From positions 320,001 through 384,000 of the forward strand of contig CBDBCR010000003.1 in the NCBI GenBank assembly GCA_965203465.1: 64,000 nt of DNA. The letters run 5' to 3'. This DNA comes from Nitrosopumilaceae archaeon (GTDB lineage: Archaea > Thermoproteota > Nitrososphaeria > Nitrososphaerales > Nitrosopumilaceae). A program made the translations under genes and the position numbers. Every line of letters starts with the position of its first letter. The stretch's first letter is position 1. The notes below the pieces were generated by a model. It saw only the letters and a program-made list of their open reading frames with translations, was not told where the DNA came from and searched no databases. Of the stretch, positions 11,528 to 21,089 are shown one piece after another.

Positions 11528-12835
11528 GTGCCTTATCAGGAACATAATCCAGACGGGACCGTGGAGATAGACGTGGACTCCATGGAGGGGACTGCCTACT
11601 CCGATCTGATGGAGTCGCTCGGCAGCGACGCCACAAAGTACGTGTACCGCGGCAACCTGGCGTCCTTCATGGCGGCCGTGCCCGACGGCGTCTTTGTAAA
11701 ATACGCCGGATCCCCTCCAAAGTCGCGCGGCATAGAGGACGTGTGCGAGGCGTTCGTGGGGCTGGCGCGGTCCAACCCCGACGCCGCAAAGGCGGCCGTT
11801 CGCAGCTACGTAAAGGGGCTGAAGGGGCTGGTCGAAAGGGGCAAGATGAGCCCCAACACGGTTCCCAACAAGATAAAGCCCGTAAAGGCGCTGCTGGCCG
11901 CGTCCGAGATAGACGTCTCGTGGAGGGTGATCAACAAGATGATGCCGCCGCCCGTCAAGAGCCGCGACCGCGCCTACACCCGCGAGGAGCTGCAGGCTAT
12001 GCTGGCCGGCTCGTCTAGTTTGACGGACAAGGTCATAGTCTTGCTGTTTTCGTCGGGCGGCTTCCGCATCGGCGCGTGGGACTACTTTTGCTGGGAGGAC
12101 ATGGTGCCGGTGGGCGATCCGCCCGAGGGGGCCGCGCTGCGGGTGTACCGCGGGTACCCCGAAGAATACTGGACGTTCGTGACGCCCGAGGCCCACGGGG
12201 CCATGGGCCTGTACCGCAAAGAGTGGAAGTACAGGTTCGGAGACGAGCCGCGCGGGGGCGATCCGCTGCTCGCGTCCGTGAGGTACGACAGGCCCGTGCG
12301 GATCAACGCGCGCGGCGTGAAGGCGAGGGTGACGAAGATAGTCGCGCGCGCCGGCCTCCGCCCGCCGGGGGAGGGGCGCAGGATGCACGCGGTGAAGCTG
12401 GATCACGGTTTCCGCAAGTACTTCAACACCATGCTGAGGCGCGCCAAGGTGGACTACCTGGACAAGGAGGACATGATGGGCCACAAGGTGGGCCTCGAAT
12501 CCCACTACGAGCGGTACAACGAGGAGGATTTCGAGCGGTTCCCCGAGTACAAAAAGGCCATACCGTTCCTGACGGTCTCGGACGAGGAGCGGCTCAGGGT
12601 CGAGGCGGCGGCAAAGCAGGCCAAGATAGACGAGCTGACGGCCCTGCGCAGAAAAGAGGCCGAAGGCAGGGAAAAGATACGCTCCCTCAAAAAGCAAGCC
12701 GTCGGCGAGCGCGAGCTGCGCGGCAGGGTGTTCGAGATGATCGAGGAGTTCATGAGCAGGACCCCGGGCGGCAGGCCGTGCGCGAGGTGCGGCGCGGCGC
12801 ACGAGGGCGAGTGCTCCGGCGGCGTCCCGGGCTGA
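11528..12835 (+). CDS. Tyrosine recombinase/integrase with C-terminal coiled coil and Cys/His knuckle
   Basis: GFRIGA (R), HGFRKYF (HxxR), MMGH and HY catalytic set; GTG 11528 is the first in-frame start inside the element. Confidence 0.93.
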   Translation: MPYQEHNPDGTVEIDVDSMEGTAYSDLMESLGSDATKYVYRGNLASFMAAVPDGVFVKYAGSPPKSRGIEDVCEAFVGLARSNPDAAKAAVRSYVKGLKGLVERGKMSPNTVPNKIKPVKALLAASEIDVSWRVINKMMPPPVKSRDRAYTREELQAMLAGSSSLTDKVIVLLFSSGGFRIGAWDYFCWEDMVPVGDPPEGAALRVYRGYPEEYWTFVTPEAHGAMGLYRKEWKYRFGDEPRGGDPLLASVRYDRPVRINARGVKARVTKIVARAGLRPPGEGRRMHAVKLDHGFRKYFNTMLRRAKVDYLDKEDMMGHKVGLESHYERYNEEDFERFPEYKKAIPFLTVSDEERLRVEAAAKQAKIDELTALRRKEAEGREKIRSLKKQAVGERELRGRVFEMIEEFMSRTPGGRPCARCGAAHEGECSGGVPG

Positions 12836-13071
12836 TGCGGGCGCGCTGAAATCGCGGCCTTTTACGCGCGCCGCGCATGCGCCGCATGGCAGACTGCCCT
12901 TCCTGCACGGAGCCGTTCGCAGACCATTCGAACAGGCGGCTCGTGGCGTGCGCGCGGCGCCTCCTGAAAGAGAACCCGATAGATGCCGCGGATTCGTAGG
13001 CCCGGCATGTCGGACTGGCTGCTTGGCCCGCCGAGAATCGCCGGAGACAATGTTAATATCGCACGTTCGGT

Positions 13072-13575
13072 TTGTCGCGCGCGTTGCTGGCCAGAATCAG
13101 ACTTGCCGTTAATACGCGCAGGCTCAAAAAAGGCCTCGAGCGGCTGGACAACATAGGCGATGCCGTTTGCTGGCGTTTGAAGTTTATACATTACCCCGAC
13201 GGAGCCGAATTCAAAATCGAAGCGTGGGAAGCAGAGTTGATCGTGTTGCAGGCGTACTGTAGGGAATTCGGAATGGGCTTGCCTGAAGTCCAAGTTATGC
13301 TCTATCATTTGCATACTGCGTTATTGGTAAAACCGGAACGCAAAAAGGACATGGTGGATCTGCTGGTAAAGCACGGGTATGCCGTCCGTTGCTTCAAACG
13401 CGCAACACAGATAGACATACGCGATCATGACACCGTCAATTACGAGTTTACGTACACTTCCGAAGGCGATCTGGTAGCTCCGCTCATAATACCTGACTTC
13501 ATATCTGCCGTAAAAGAGGCAGTAGAAGAAATAGAACATTATAGAAACATGCTGAAGATTGTTTCCAATTCGTAG
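13072..13575 (+). CDS. Hypothetical protein, AT-richer than flanks
   Basis: 167-aa ORF with natural composition; no family recognised. Confidence 0.65.
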   Translation: MSRALLARIRLAVNTRRLKKGLERLDNIGDAVCWRLKFIHYPDGAEFKIEAWEAELIVLQAYCREFGMGLPEVQVMLYHLHTALLVKPERKKDMVDLLVKHGYAVRCFKRATQIDIRDHDTVNYEFTYTSEGDLVAPLIIPDFISAVKEAVEEIEHYRNMLKIVSNS

Positions 13576-13890
13576 GCAACGGGCATTTGATCCAGAGGCG
13601 CACGGGAGCGCCCCGCATCGCAGGCCGGACTCCGTGCCAATCCGCGGTTCGGATCCACAAACCGGCCCAGGGTTGCATGTCTGTGCGAAGCGGACCGGCA
13701 GGCTGCAACGCGAGCCAGAGGCGCGACCCGGCGTTCTGAAAAACGGGCGTCAATCCCGGCCCCTAGCCCTGCGCCTGTATCGCGGGCTGTCCAGCATGGC
13801 CCGGGCCAGCTCCTCGCGGAACGGCTCTGGCCTGCGCAGCTCGTCCACGGGCCTTCAGATTCTGCGGCATAAAAGACGGTCCGGGGCGCG

Positions 13891-14340
13891 CCCCGCAGCC
13901 TGGATGCCGGCGTCCCGGGCAAAGGGCACGTCGCAAGCAAGCAGGCCCCTTGAATGCGCCCTGCCCATCTCCGGCCGCCGCGCACGGCCCCCCTTCGGGC
14001 GGCGCCGGACCCCCAGACGGACTGTAGGGGAGCATATACCCCGCAGCCGGGACGCTAGGATCCCGACTGTTGGGCACATCGCCCGCGGATCTAGGGCGCC
14101 TTTTACGCGCCCGGTCGCCCCCGCCGGTCTCGGCCGTGTTGTACGGCCCACTTCAGACGGTCCCAGACACCATCTACCGGCTGTAGGAGGACATGTACCC
14201 CATAGCCGGGACGTTTTTGTCCCCGTTATGTGGTACATCGCCCGCGGATCGGGGGCCCCTTTTAACCGGCCGGCCTCCCCGCCCGGCGCCGCCACCGGCC
14301 GCCCGGGCGGGCGGCATGCCCGGATCCCCTTTTATGCGCC
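13891..14340 (+). repeat. Imperfect ~100-bp direct repeats upstream of the actin-like gene
   Basis: CTGTAGG..AGCCGGGACG..ACATCGCCCGCGGATC..CCTTTTA at ~14022-14105 and ~14181-14265; degenerate copy ~13891-13960. Confidence 0.7.
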
Positions 14341-14355
14341 CTGCCCACCGCGCGC

Positions 14356-15186
14356 ATGCTCAAAATGGGCCTGGATCTGGGCACCGGCTTCGTAAAGTGC
14401 GTCTCGGATCGCGGCGCCGTCCGGTTCCCGTCGGTCTGCGTGAGGCGCGTGCACGGGGCGTGGTCCGAAAAGGACGCCGAGGCCGTCGGCGCCGGCGCGG
14501 CCGAGATGGCCGGCGCCTCGGGCTCCTCGGTCGTGCGGCCCATATCGAGGGGCCGGCCCGAGCCGCGGTACGCAAAGCAGGCCGAGGCCCTAGTGCGCGA
14601 GGCGGTGAGGCTGTCGTGCGCCAAGGACGCCAAGAGCCAAGAGCCGGAAAAGATCAGCATGGTGGTGGGCCTGCCCTACCACGCCTTCGCCGACCGAGAG
14701 GCTCTCGTGCGGCTGGTCAAGCGGACCGCCGACGTCGAAAAGTGCCGGGTGGTGGCCCAGGCGTGCGGCACGCTGGTCTGCCTCGGAAAGCCGAGCGGCA
14801 TATCCGTCTCGGTGGGGCAGGGCACCACCGAGATAGTGGTCGTCGAAGAGTACGAGGTCATAGACGGGGACAGCTCCCGGTGGGCCTCGGACTTTGTGAC
14901 CCGCAAGATAGGCAAGCTGGCCCACCTGGACCCGGGGCTGCTGGAGCGCAACAGGGAACTTTGCAAAAAGTACTCGAGGATACTGGCCGAGAACTTGGAA
15001 TCGGAAGTGCTCGACATGGCAGACGGGTGCGGCAAAAAGCACGACATCGCGCTCTCGGGCGGCGGGCTGCTGCTGCCCGGCATGCTCGACGACCTGTCCG
15101 GCCGCCTCAAAAAGAGGTTCGGCGTTCTGGTTCCCGACGACCCCGTAATGAGCAACGCCCAGGGGCTGTACAGGCTGGTCAGGTAA
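14356..15186 (+). CDS. Actin-like ATPase (ParM/StbA-like)
   Basis: GLDLGTGFVK (phosphate 1), VSVGQGTTE (phosphate 2), LSGGG (adenosine), PVMSNAQG. Confidence 0.85.
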   Translation: MLKMGLDLGTGFVKCVSDRGAVRFPSVCVRRVHGAWSEKDAEAVGAGAAEMAGASGSSVVRPISRGRPEPRYAKQAEALVREAVRLSCAKDAKSQEPEKISMVVGLPYHAFADREALVRLVKRTADVEKCRVVAQACGTLVCLGKPSGISVSVGQGTTEIVVVEEYEVIDGDSSRWASDFVTRKIGKLAHLDPGLLERNRELCKKYSRILAENLESEVLDMADGCGKKHDIALSGGGLLLPGMLDDLSGRLKKRFGVLVPDDPVMSNAQGLYRLVR

Positions 15187-15187
15187 G

Positions 15188-18100
15188 ATGGGTTCCAAGC
15201 GCTGGCAGCTGTCCAACAGGAAGAAACCGGCGGGGCAGCTAGGCTCCGCCGACCGGTTCCTGCCCCCCGCGGGCGAGTTTGCCGCCTGCTCGGTCTTGGT
15301 CCCCATACGGATGGATACGAAGGCGGCCATCCTCGCTGCGGGCGGCTTGGCGAGCCAGAGCGCGCGCAGTTTTGAGATCTGGTGGGACGGGCGCGAAAAG
15401 CGCCTCGACATAGTGCTGGCCGCCGAAAAGCGCGACCTGCCTGCCTACCGGCAGGCGTTCCTCAACATGTACCCCAACGCGGCCTTTTCGGACATGGCCG
15501 CCACCGTCCCGTCCTGGTTCCCGCCGGGCCCCGAGTGCAGGTTCTTCGACGTCGGCACCTACCACGGCCACTACGCCTCGGTGCTCGACAAGGGCAGGGC
15601 CCACCAGCTGATGTCGCAGGTGGCCGCCACCGTCCAGCTCTCCGGCAGGGCGTGGATCCAGTTCGTCTTCAAGCTCCACCCGTTCAACGGGTTCCTGCGC
15701 AGGCACGTGACGCGCCTCAACGCCAAGAACCGCGAGATATCGCGCGGCAAGTACCTGTCCAACACGGAAATATTGATGCACCCCGACAAAAAGCCGCACG
15801 ACCACCCGGAGCTGGGCTACGACTACACGAACAACTACGCCGGCCTCCAAAAGCACGCCACGCTCAAGATGCAGGGGGCCCACGTGCTCATGTCCGCGCG
15901 CGGCGCCGTCTGCGGCGGCGACGACCTGGATCTCCACTTTGACGAGATCGAGGCCATGCCCGTGGAGAACATACACTCGGGCCACGAGCACCTCACGAAG
16001 TTCGGGTACAAGCACTCGGACTTTGCCGACGAGAAAAAGGCGCGCGTGAAAATCGGCAAAGAAAGGGGAACGCGGATGGACCTGTTCGCTTCCCGGCTGC
16101 TGCCGGAGCCGGCCAGGTTCATGGACAAGGCCGTCGGAAGATACTTCGACAAGGGGATATTCGGGTACGGGGAGCGCAGGCCCCTGCCCTTTCTGCTGCT
16201 CAACTTGTCAGAGATCCCGCTGCTGGTTCACCTGCCGGCGCCGGCGACCCCCAACATCGAGACGACCCGCGGCGTCTCGATACCGTCCAAGCCGTCCGAA
16301 AAAGAGGGCGCCAACGTGGGCTTTTTCAGGCAGCCGGCCCCCTCCGGCTTCGACTGGTCCGAGGCGTGGGGGGTATCGGCCAGGTCCAAGGACGTGGGCG
16401 CGGCCGTCGTCTCCGAGGCCGACTTTGCCACCCACCTGTACGCCGTGGGGGCGTCGGGCTCGGGCAAGACCTCGCTGATACGGCTGCTGGCCAAGCATTT
16501 GGAGGCGTGGAACGGTTCGGGCTTCCCCAACGCCTTCGTGTACGTGGATCCGAAAGGGGACGACTCCCACAAGTTCGTAAAGCAGTGCTCGCCCGAGGCG
16601 CTGGCCTCGGGCAGGGTCCATTTCCTGGATCCGCAATCGACCCGGTTCTCGATAAACCCGCTGGAACTGCCCGCCTACGCGCCCGAAGAGAGGGAGGAGA
16701 CCGTCTCGCGGTACGTCGGGTACTTTATGAAAACGATAGAGGAATGGTACCAGCAGTCGGCCAGCTACGTGCAGATGGAGAGGATCTTCCGGGCCCTGCT
16801 GTTCTACCTGTACATGAGGCACGACGCCCCGACCTTTCTGGACATACACGACACGATACTCAAGCTCCAGGACCGCAAGGGAGACGCTTTGCCGGAGATA
16901 ATAGAGACGTTCGGCGAGCCGGACCCCGAGATGGAGCGGGCCTTGGAGAGCATCGCCACGCTAAAGGGTGAGGCGTTCACGCCCCTGCTCAACAGGGTGG
17001 AGCAGTTTGCCACCGACTCGGTGCTCAAGAGGATGTTCTCGGTCAGACGCGGCACCGTCGATTTTGCCGACCTGATAAAGCCGGGCTCGTACACGGTGGT
17101 CAGGATATCGCCCTTGAACATGCCCCAGCACGTACAGCCGCTGGCCATGCAGGCTTTCATACTGAAACTGTGGTTCACCATACAGGAGAGGGCCAACCGG
17201 GTGCCCGACGAAAAAGACCGCACGCAGGTCGTTCTGGCGCTGGACGAGTTCCAGATAGTAAAGGATCTGCAGGTTCTGCAGCTGATGCTCGAGCAGGCCC
17301 GCTCGCTGGGCCTCGGGCTGGTATTGTCACACCAGACCACCGAGCAGATAAGCGACAAGCAGCTGGGCATCATATCGGGCAACGCGGGCACCCAGCTGGT
17401 CGGCAAGGTCAACGGCAAGGACGCCTCGCGCATAGCCCAGATCTGGGATCCACAGTTCCAGACCGAGCTCCAGCAGCAGCTGGCAAGCCAGGAATACTTC
17501 CACTGGACCGTGCGCGAAAAGGCGCCGCCCGGAAAGGAGCAGCCGCCCCCCATACAGTTCTGGCTGGGCTCCCCGCCCGAGCAGATGGTGGGCGGGGCAG
17601 CGTACCAGGAGTTCGTCGCCGACCAGCTGGAGAGGTACGGGCGCGGCGTGGTCGGCAGCGCAGAGTCGGCGGCCAGGGAGGCAAAGACGCGGTGGATGGA
17701 GCAGGTGACCGTCAAACTACCCTCCGGCATGGAGTGGAAGATAATGCTGGCCCTCCGCCAGGGGCAGAGCCTACAGCAGGCGCAGATAGTCGATATTCTG
17801 CGCGTGGCCAACAGGACAGAGGTGCTGCCCGTCCTAAAGGATATGGTCGGGCGCGGCCTGCTGGAGCGGCCCGGCGGCGGCCGGACGGCCCCGTACAGGC
17901 TGACCTCCAAGGCGAAAAACACCTACTTTGATCTGGACTTTGTCGGGGTCGGCACGGCCGGCGACGTCGAATCGCTGTGCCGCAAGGCCGCCGAATCGTA
18001 CATGGCCTGGGACATGTTCGTGGCAGTCGCCAGCCAGAAGATATCCAAGGGCAGGGACAGGACGGATCTCGTGGCCTACAACTACGAGACGGGCGTGCCG

Positions 18101-18289
18101 GTCAGCGTGGAGATAGAGTCGGCCAGCGAGGTGTCCAGCCACCGCGAGCACGTCCGGTACAACATGGTAAAGTGGAGGAAGATGGGCTTCGGCACCTGCC
18201 ACGTGTGGTCCACCAGCCCCAAGGTGCGCGAGATCTACGACACCCTGGACGAGCGCGACAAAAAAGTGGTCGAGCTCGTGGTCACTTGA
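15188..18289 (+). CDS. VirD4/TraD/HerA-like ATPase with C-terminal wHTH and PD-(D/E)xK-like domain
   Basis: GASGSGKT, YVDPKGD, LALDEFQ, ARSLGLGLVLSHQ; C-terminal TDLVAY...VEIE; starts 1 nt after the actin-like gene. Confidence 0.85.
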   Translation: MGSKRWQLSNRKKPAGQLGSADRFLPPAGEFAACSVLVPIRMDTKAAILAAGGLASQSARSFEIWWDGREKRLDIVLAAEKRDLPAYRQAFLNMYPNAAFSDMAATVPSWFPPGPECRFFDVGTYHGHYASVLDKGRAHQLMSQVAATVQLSGRAWIQFVFKLHPFNGFLRRHVTRLNAKNREISRGKYLSNTEILMHPDKKPHDHPELGYDYTNNYAGLQKHATLKMQGAHVLMSARGAVCGGDDLDLHFDEIEAMPVENIHSGHEHLTKFGYKHSDFADEKKARVKIGKERGTRMDLFASRLLPEPARFMDKAVGRYFDKGIFGYGERRPLPFLLLNLSEIPLLVHLPAPATPNIETTRGVSIPSKPSEKEGANVGFFRQPAPSGFDWSEAWGVSARSKDVGAAVVSEADFATHLYAVGASGSGKTSLIRLLAKHLEAWNGSGFPNAFVYVDPKGDDSHKFVKQCSPEALASGRVHFLDPQSTRFSINPLELPAYAPEEREETVSRYVGYFMKTIEEWYQQSASYVQMERIFRALLFYLYMRHDAPTFLDIHDTILKLQDRKGDALPEIIETFGEPDPEMERALESIATLKGEAFTPLLNRVEQFATDSVLKRMFSVRRGTVDFADLIKPGSYTVVRISPLNMPQHVQPLAMQAFILKLWFTIQERANRVPDEKDRTQVVLALDEFQIVKDLQVLQLMLEQARSLGLGLVLSHQTTEQISDKQLGIISGNAGTQLVGKVNGKDASRIAQIWDPQFQTELQQQLASQEYFHWTVREKAPPGKEQPPPIQFWLGSPPEQMVGGAAYQEFVADQLERYGRGVVGSAESAAREAKTRWMEQVTVKLPSGMEWKIMLALRQGQSLQQAQIVDILRVANRTEVLPVLKDMVGRGLLERPGGGRTAPYRLTSKAKNTYFDLDFVGVGTAGDVESLCRKAAESYMAWDMFVAVASQKISKGRDRTDLVAYNYETGVPVSVEIESASEVSSHREHVRYNMVKWRKMGFGTCHVWSTSPKVREIYDTLDERDKKVVELVVT

Positions 18290-18331
18290 TCGGCCCGTCC
18301 GAGTCTGCCCGACTTTGCCCCCCGGCCGCGC

Positions 18332-18640
18332 TCACTTGATCTCCAGCCTGTCCAGCGGGTCGAAATCCAGCTTGTCGACGGGCTCTGTCCTGCGCTCTTC
18401 GGCCGCGCCCTTCATGGTCTTTTCGATGGCCTTGCGCGCCTGGGACACGTAGTCGTCTACCGCCTTGGCGTCCTTTTTGCTCAGGGTGTCCCGCCGCTTG
18501 ACCACCAGCATCCCAGATACGGCATCCATGGCTATCTCGTCTCCGGCCTCCCACCCCAGGTTCCTGACCATGTGGGTGGGCACGCTCAACATGTACGTCC
18601 TGTCTTTTTTGCGCAGCATCCGGCTCTGCCTCTTGTCCAC
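18332..18640 (-). CDS. AbrB/MazE/SpoVT-family DNA-binding protein
   Basis: YMLSVPTHMVRNLGWEAGDEI...LVVK signature; GTG 18640 preceded by TTAAAT. Confidence 0.8.
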   Translation of the reverse strand: MDKRQSRMLRKKDRTYMLSVPTHMVRNLGWEAGDEIAMDAVSGMLVVKRRDTLSKKDAKAVDDYVSQARKAIEKTMKGAAEERRTEPVDKLDFDPLDRLEIK

Positions 18641-18679
18641 GCCCTCCGTCGGGCGGCCGGATTTAAGGCAGAAAGGCGC

Positions 18680-18848
18680 CTGCACGCGCCTTTTGCTGTA
18701 CCTGCAGGCGCCTTTGCTACGACCTGCTGTACCTGCAGGCGCCTTTTTGCTGTGCTTGCGGGCGCCTTTTCAAATTCCTGCTGTACCTGCAGGTGCCTTT
18801 TTGCTGTGCTTGCGGGCGCCTTTTTGCTGTACCTGCAGGCGCCTTTGG
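18680..18848. repeat. Iteron-like array of ~22-bp repeats
   Basis: TGCTGTACCTGCAGG(C/T)GCCTTT x4 interleaved with TGCTGTGCTTGCGGGCGCCTTTT x2. Confidence 0.85.
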
Positions 18849-19176
18849 GCAGGCCCGCGCCGCCCTCGCATTTACCCACAAAACGACCAAACGAACAGAC
18901 ACGGGAGGAGCACGGCTCCCCCGAATCCTCCCGACCTTAGCGGGCCGCCCGTCGGCGGCCCATGTCCCTGACCGTCTCGGCCGGCTGAACACCGGCCGAA
19001 CCCAGAGATCGCGGTCACGGCCGGCCCGGCCCGTTCCGTATCCGTACGCCCGGGCCGGTCAGGCCCCGACCAGGATCGCCTCCAGATTGTATTCGCGCAC
19101 GACACGACGGCACGAAATCAAAGTACGCGGCACCCGGCTTGATCTGGCTCCGCTTCCGGCTCTGGATTCGCGTACG

Positions 19177-19476
19177 CCGTGGCTCCATGGCCCGTGGCTC
19201 CATGGCCCGTGGCTCCATGGCCCGTGGCTCCATGGCCCGTGGCTCCATGGCCCGTGGCTCCATGGCCCGTGGCTCCATGGCCCGTGGCTCCATGGCCCGT
19301 GGCTCCATGGCCCGTGGCTCCATGGCCCGTGGCTCCATGGCCCGTGGCTCCATGGCCCGTGGCTCCATGGCCCGTGGCTCCATGGCCCGTGGCTCCATGG
19401 CCCGTGGCTCCATGGCCCGTGGCTCCATGGCCCGTGGCTCCATGGCCCGTGGCTCCATGGCCCGTGGCTCCATGGC
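19177..19476. repeat. Perfect tandem repeat, 20 x 15 bp (CCGTGGCTCCATGGC)
   Basis: Directly visible; no spacers; no stop codon in any frame. Confidence 0.97.
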
Positions 19477-19543
19477 ACAAATGAATCCAAATCGCCAGCA
19501 GAGACACACGCTTCGTCGAACCCAATCCTGTTGAATCGCTAGA

Positions 19544-20188
19544 TCATATTGTCCACTTGGGAGAGCGGGAGCGGCGGCTCTTCGTGGAGCCGAAGAGCCC
19601 CGAGCCGGCCGACTTTTTGGAGCGGCCCTTGGAGGGGGAGCCGAAGAGCCCCGAGCCGGCCGACTTTTTGGAGCGGCCCTTGGAGGGGGAGCCGAAGAGC
19701 CCCGAGCCGGCCGACTTTTTGGAGCGGCCCTTGGAGGGGGAGCCGAAGAGCCCCGAGCCGGCCGACTTTTTGGAGCGGCCCTTGGAGGGGGAGCCGAAGA
19801 GCCCCGAGCCGGCCGACTTTTTGGAGCGGCCCTTGGAGGGGGAGCCGAAGAGCCCCGAGCCGGCCGACTTTTTGGAGCGGCCCTTGGAGGGGGAGCCGAA
19901 CGAGAACATCGGATCTCCCTTCTCTACCACGTACTTTTTGCCCAGGCTACGTTTTTTGCGCTTTTGCAGGGGAGACAGTTTTGCCCCGCCCGTCTTTACC
20001 TCCACGTACCTCGTCTCTTTTTTGCCCGTCAGCCAGTTGCTTCGCGTGGCCTTGAAGTCGTGGCCGCGGCCCGTACGCTTCATCTTGTATCCGGACATCT
20101 CGTACTTGTCCCGGACGCGCCTCTCGCCGGACCTGCCCTGGGCGGCGTTGTCCCTGATGACGCTCCTCTTCGATCTCCTGAAGAACAC
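19544..20188 (-). CDS. Small PD-(D/E)xK nuclease (DUF3883/Hjc-like) with six 17-aa basic repeats
   Basis: GRSGERRV...GHDF...YVEVK; (SPSKGRSKKSAGSGLFG)x6 from a 51-bp tandem repeat. Confidence 0.75.
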   Translation of the reverse strand: MFFRRSKRSVIRDNAAQGRSGERRVRDKYEMSGYKMKRTGRGHDFKATRSNWLTGKKETRYVEVKTGGAKLSPLQKRKKRSLGKKYVVEKGDPMFSFGSPSKGRSKKSAGSGLFGSPSKGRSKKSAGSGLFGSPSKGRSKKSAGSGLFGSPSKGRSKKSAGSGLFGSPSKGRSKKSAGSGLFGSPSKGRSKKSAGSGLFGSTKSRRSRSPKWTI

Positions 20189-20318
20189 GCGTACGGGACG
20201 AGCCGCGCCGTAATCAACCTTGTGGCCGGTTCCAGCAGCCGCCTGCTTGACCCGCCGTGGCCGGCGCCCGCGTACACTGTACAGGCGGCTTTAAATCGGC
20301 ACGCTTCCACGCGGAGGC

Positions 20319-21089
20319 ATGGGCGTGCCCAAAAGGAGCGACATAGCCGTCGGAGACAAGGTAGGCGTAGAGACAAAGGCAGACCAGGGAACGGGAAGGC
20401 TAACGGAGAGGGTCGTGGAGGCTGTACTTACGAGCAGCGAAGATCACCCGCACGGGATAAAGGTCAGGCTACAGGACGGCAATATCGGCAGGGTAAAGTC
20501 GCTGGTAGGCCCGCCTGCTCCCGCAGGGATGCAGTTTGTGGATCTTGCCTCCAGGCAGATACCGGCCACCGAGGATTCCGGCAACGGGTTCAAAGAGTCC
20601 TACCAGTACGACCGGGAGACCGAAAAACTGGGCGGGCTGGCAGGCAACGAACGGCACGCGGCCGTAGAGGCCAAAAAGACGGCGTCGCTGGAACTGGTGG
20701 CCGCGGCCATCTGCGCCATTGGCAACAAGGACGGGGGCTTCGTATACGTGGGCGTCCGAGACGACGGGACGCCGGCCGGGTTCCGAAAAGACCTGGATCT
20801 GCGGGGTTTCGCCGATTACAAGGACGCGATGGCAAACCACATGGCAGACTCGTTAAAGACGCTGATCAGGGACGACGCGTTCGTCCTGTCAAAGCTCCGC
20901 ATAGAGTTCCGGTATGTCGAAGGCGCCCCGGTCTGGACGATACAGGTCCTGCCGTCGGACAGGCCTCTCTTTCTTCACGGCTCCCGGGGCAAGGAGTTCT
21001 ACGTCCGGGGCGCAGCGCCCCGCTCCGAGAGGCTGGACGGCCATGAGATGGCTAGGTACATCTCCGAGCGGTTCCGGAGGCAGGCGTGA
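20319..21089 (+). CDS. YwbE-family domain fused to a Schlafen/AlbA_2 domain
   Basis: KADQGTGRLT...HPHGIKVRLQDGNIGRV then FKES...ICAIGNKDGGFVYVGVRDDG...FYVR; TTTAAA at ~20289-20295. Confidence 0.8.
   Translation: MGVPKRSDIAVGDKVGVETKADQGTGRLTERVVEAVLTSSEDHPHGIKVRLQDGNIGRVKSLVGPPAPAGMQFVDLASRQIPATEDSGNGFKESYQYDRETEKLGGLAGNERHAAVEAKKTASLELVAAAICAIGNKDGGFVYVGVRDDGTPAGFRKDLDLRGFADYKDAMANHMADSLKTLIRDDAFVLSKLRIEFRYVEGAPVWTIQVLPSDRPLFLHGSRGKEFYVRGAAPRSERLDGHEMARYISERFRRQA

Noticed and set aside
18680-18848. Mini-CRISPR
   Set aside because: Units abut or are separated by fewer than 10 nt; no unique 30-40-nt spacers.
19177-19476. CRISPR array
   Set aside because: Contiguous identical 15-mers with no spacers, and no cas genes nearby.
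18793-19542. ORFs through the 15-bp array (PWLHG, MEPRA, HGATG repeats)
   Set aside because: All frames are open only because the unit lacks stops; flanks show no protein-like signal, so none is called.
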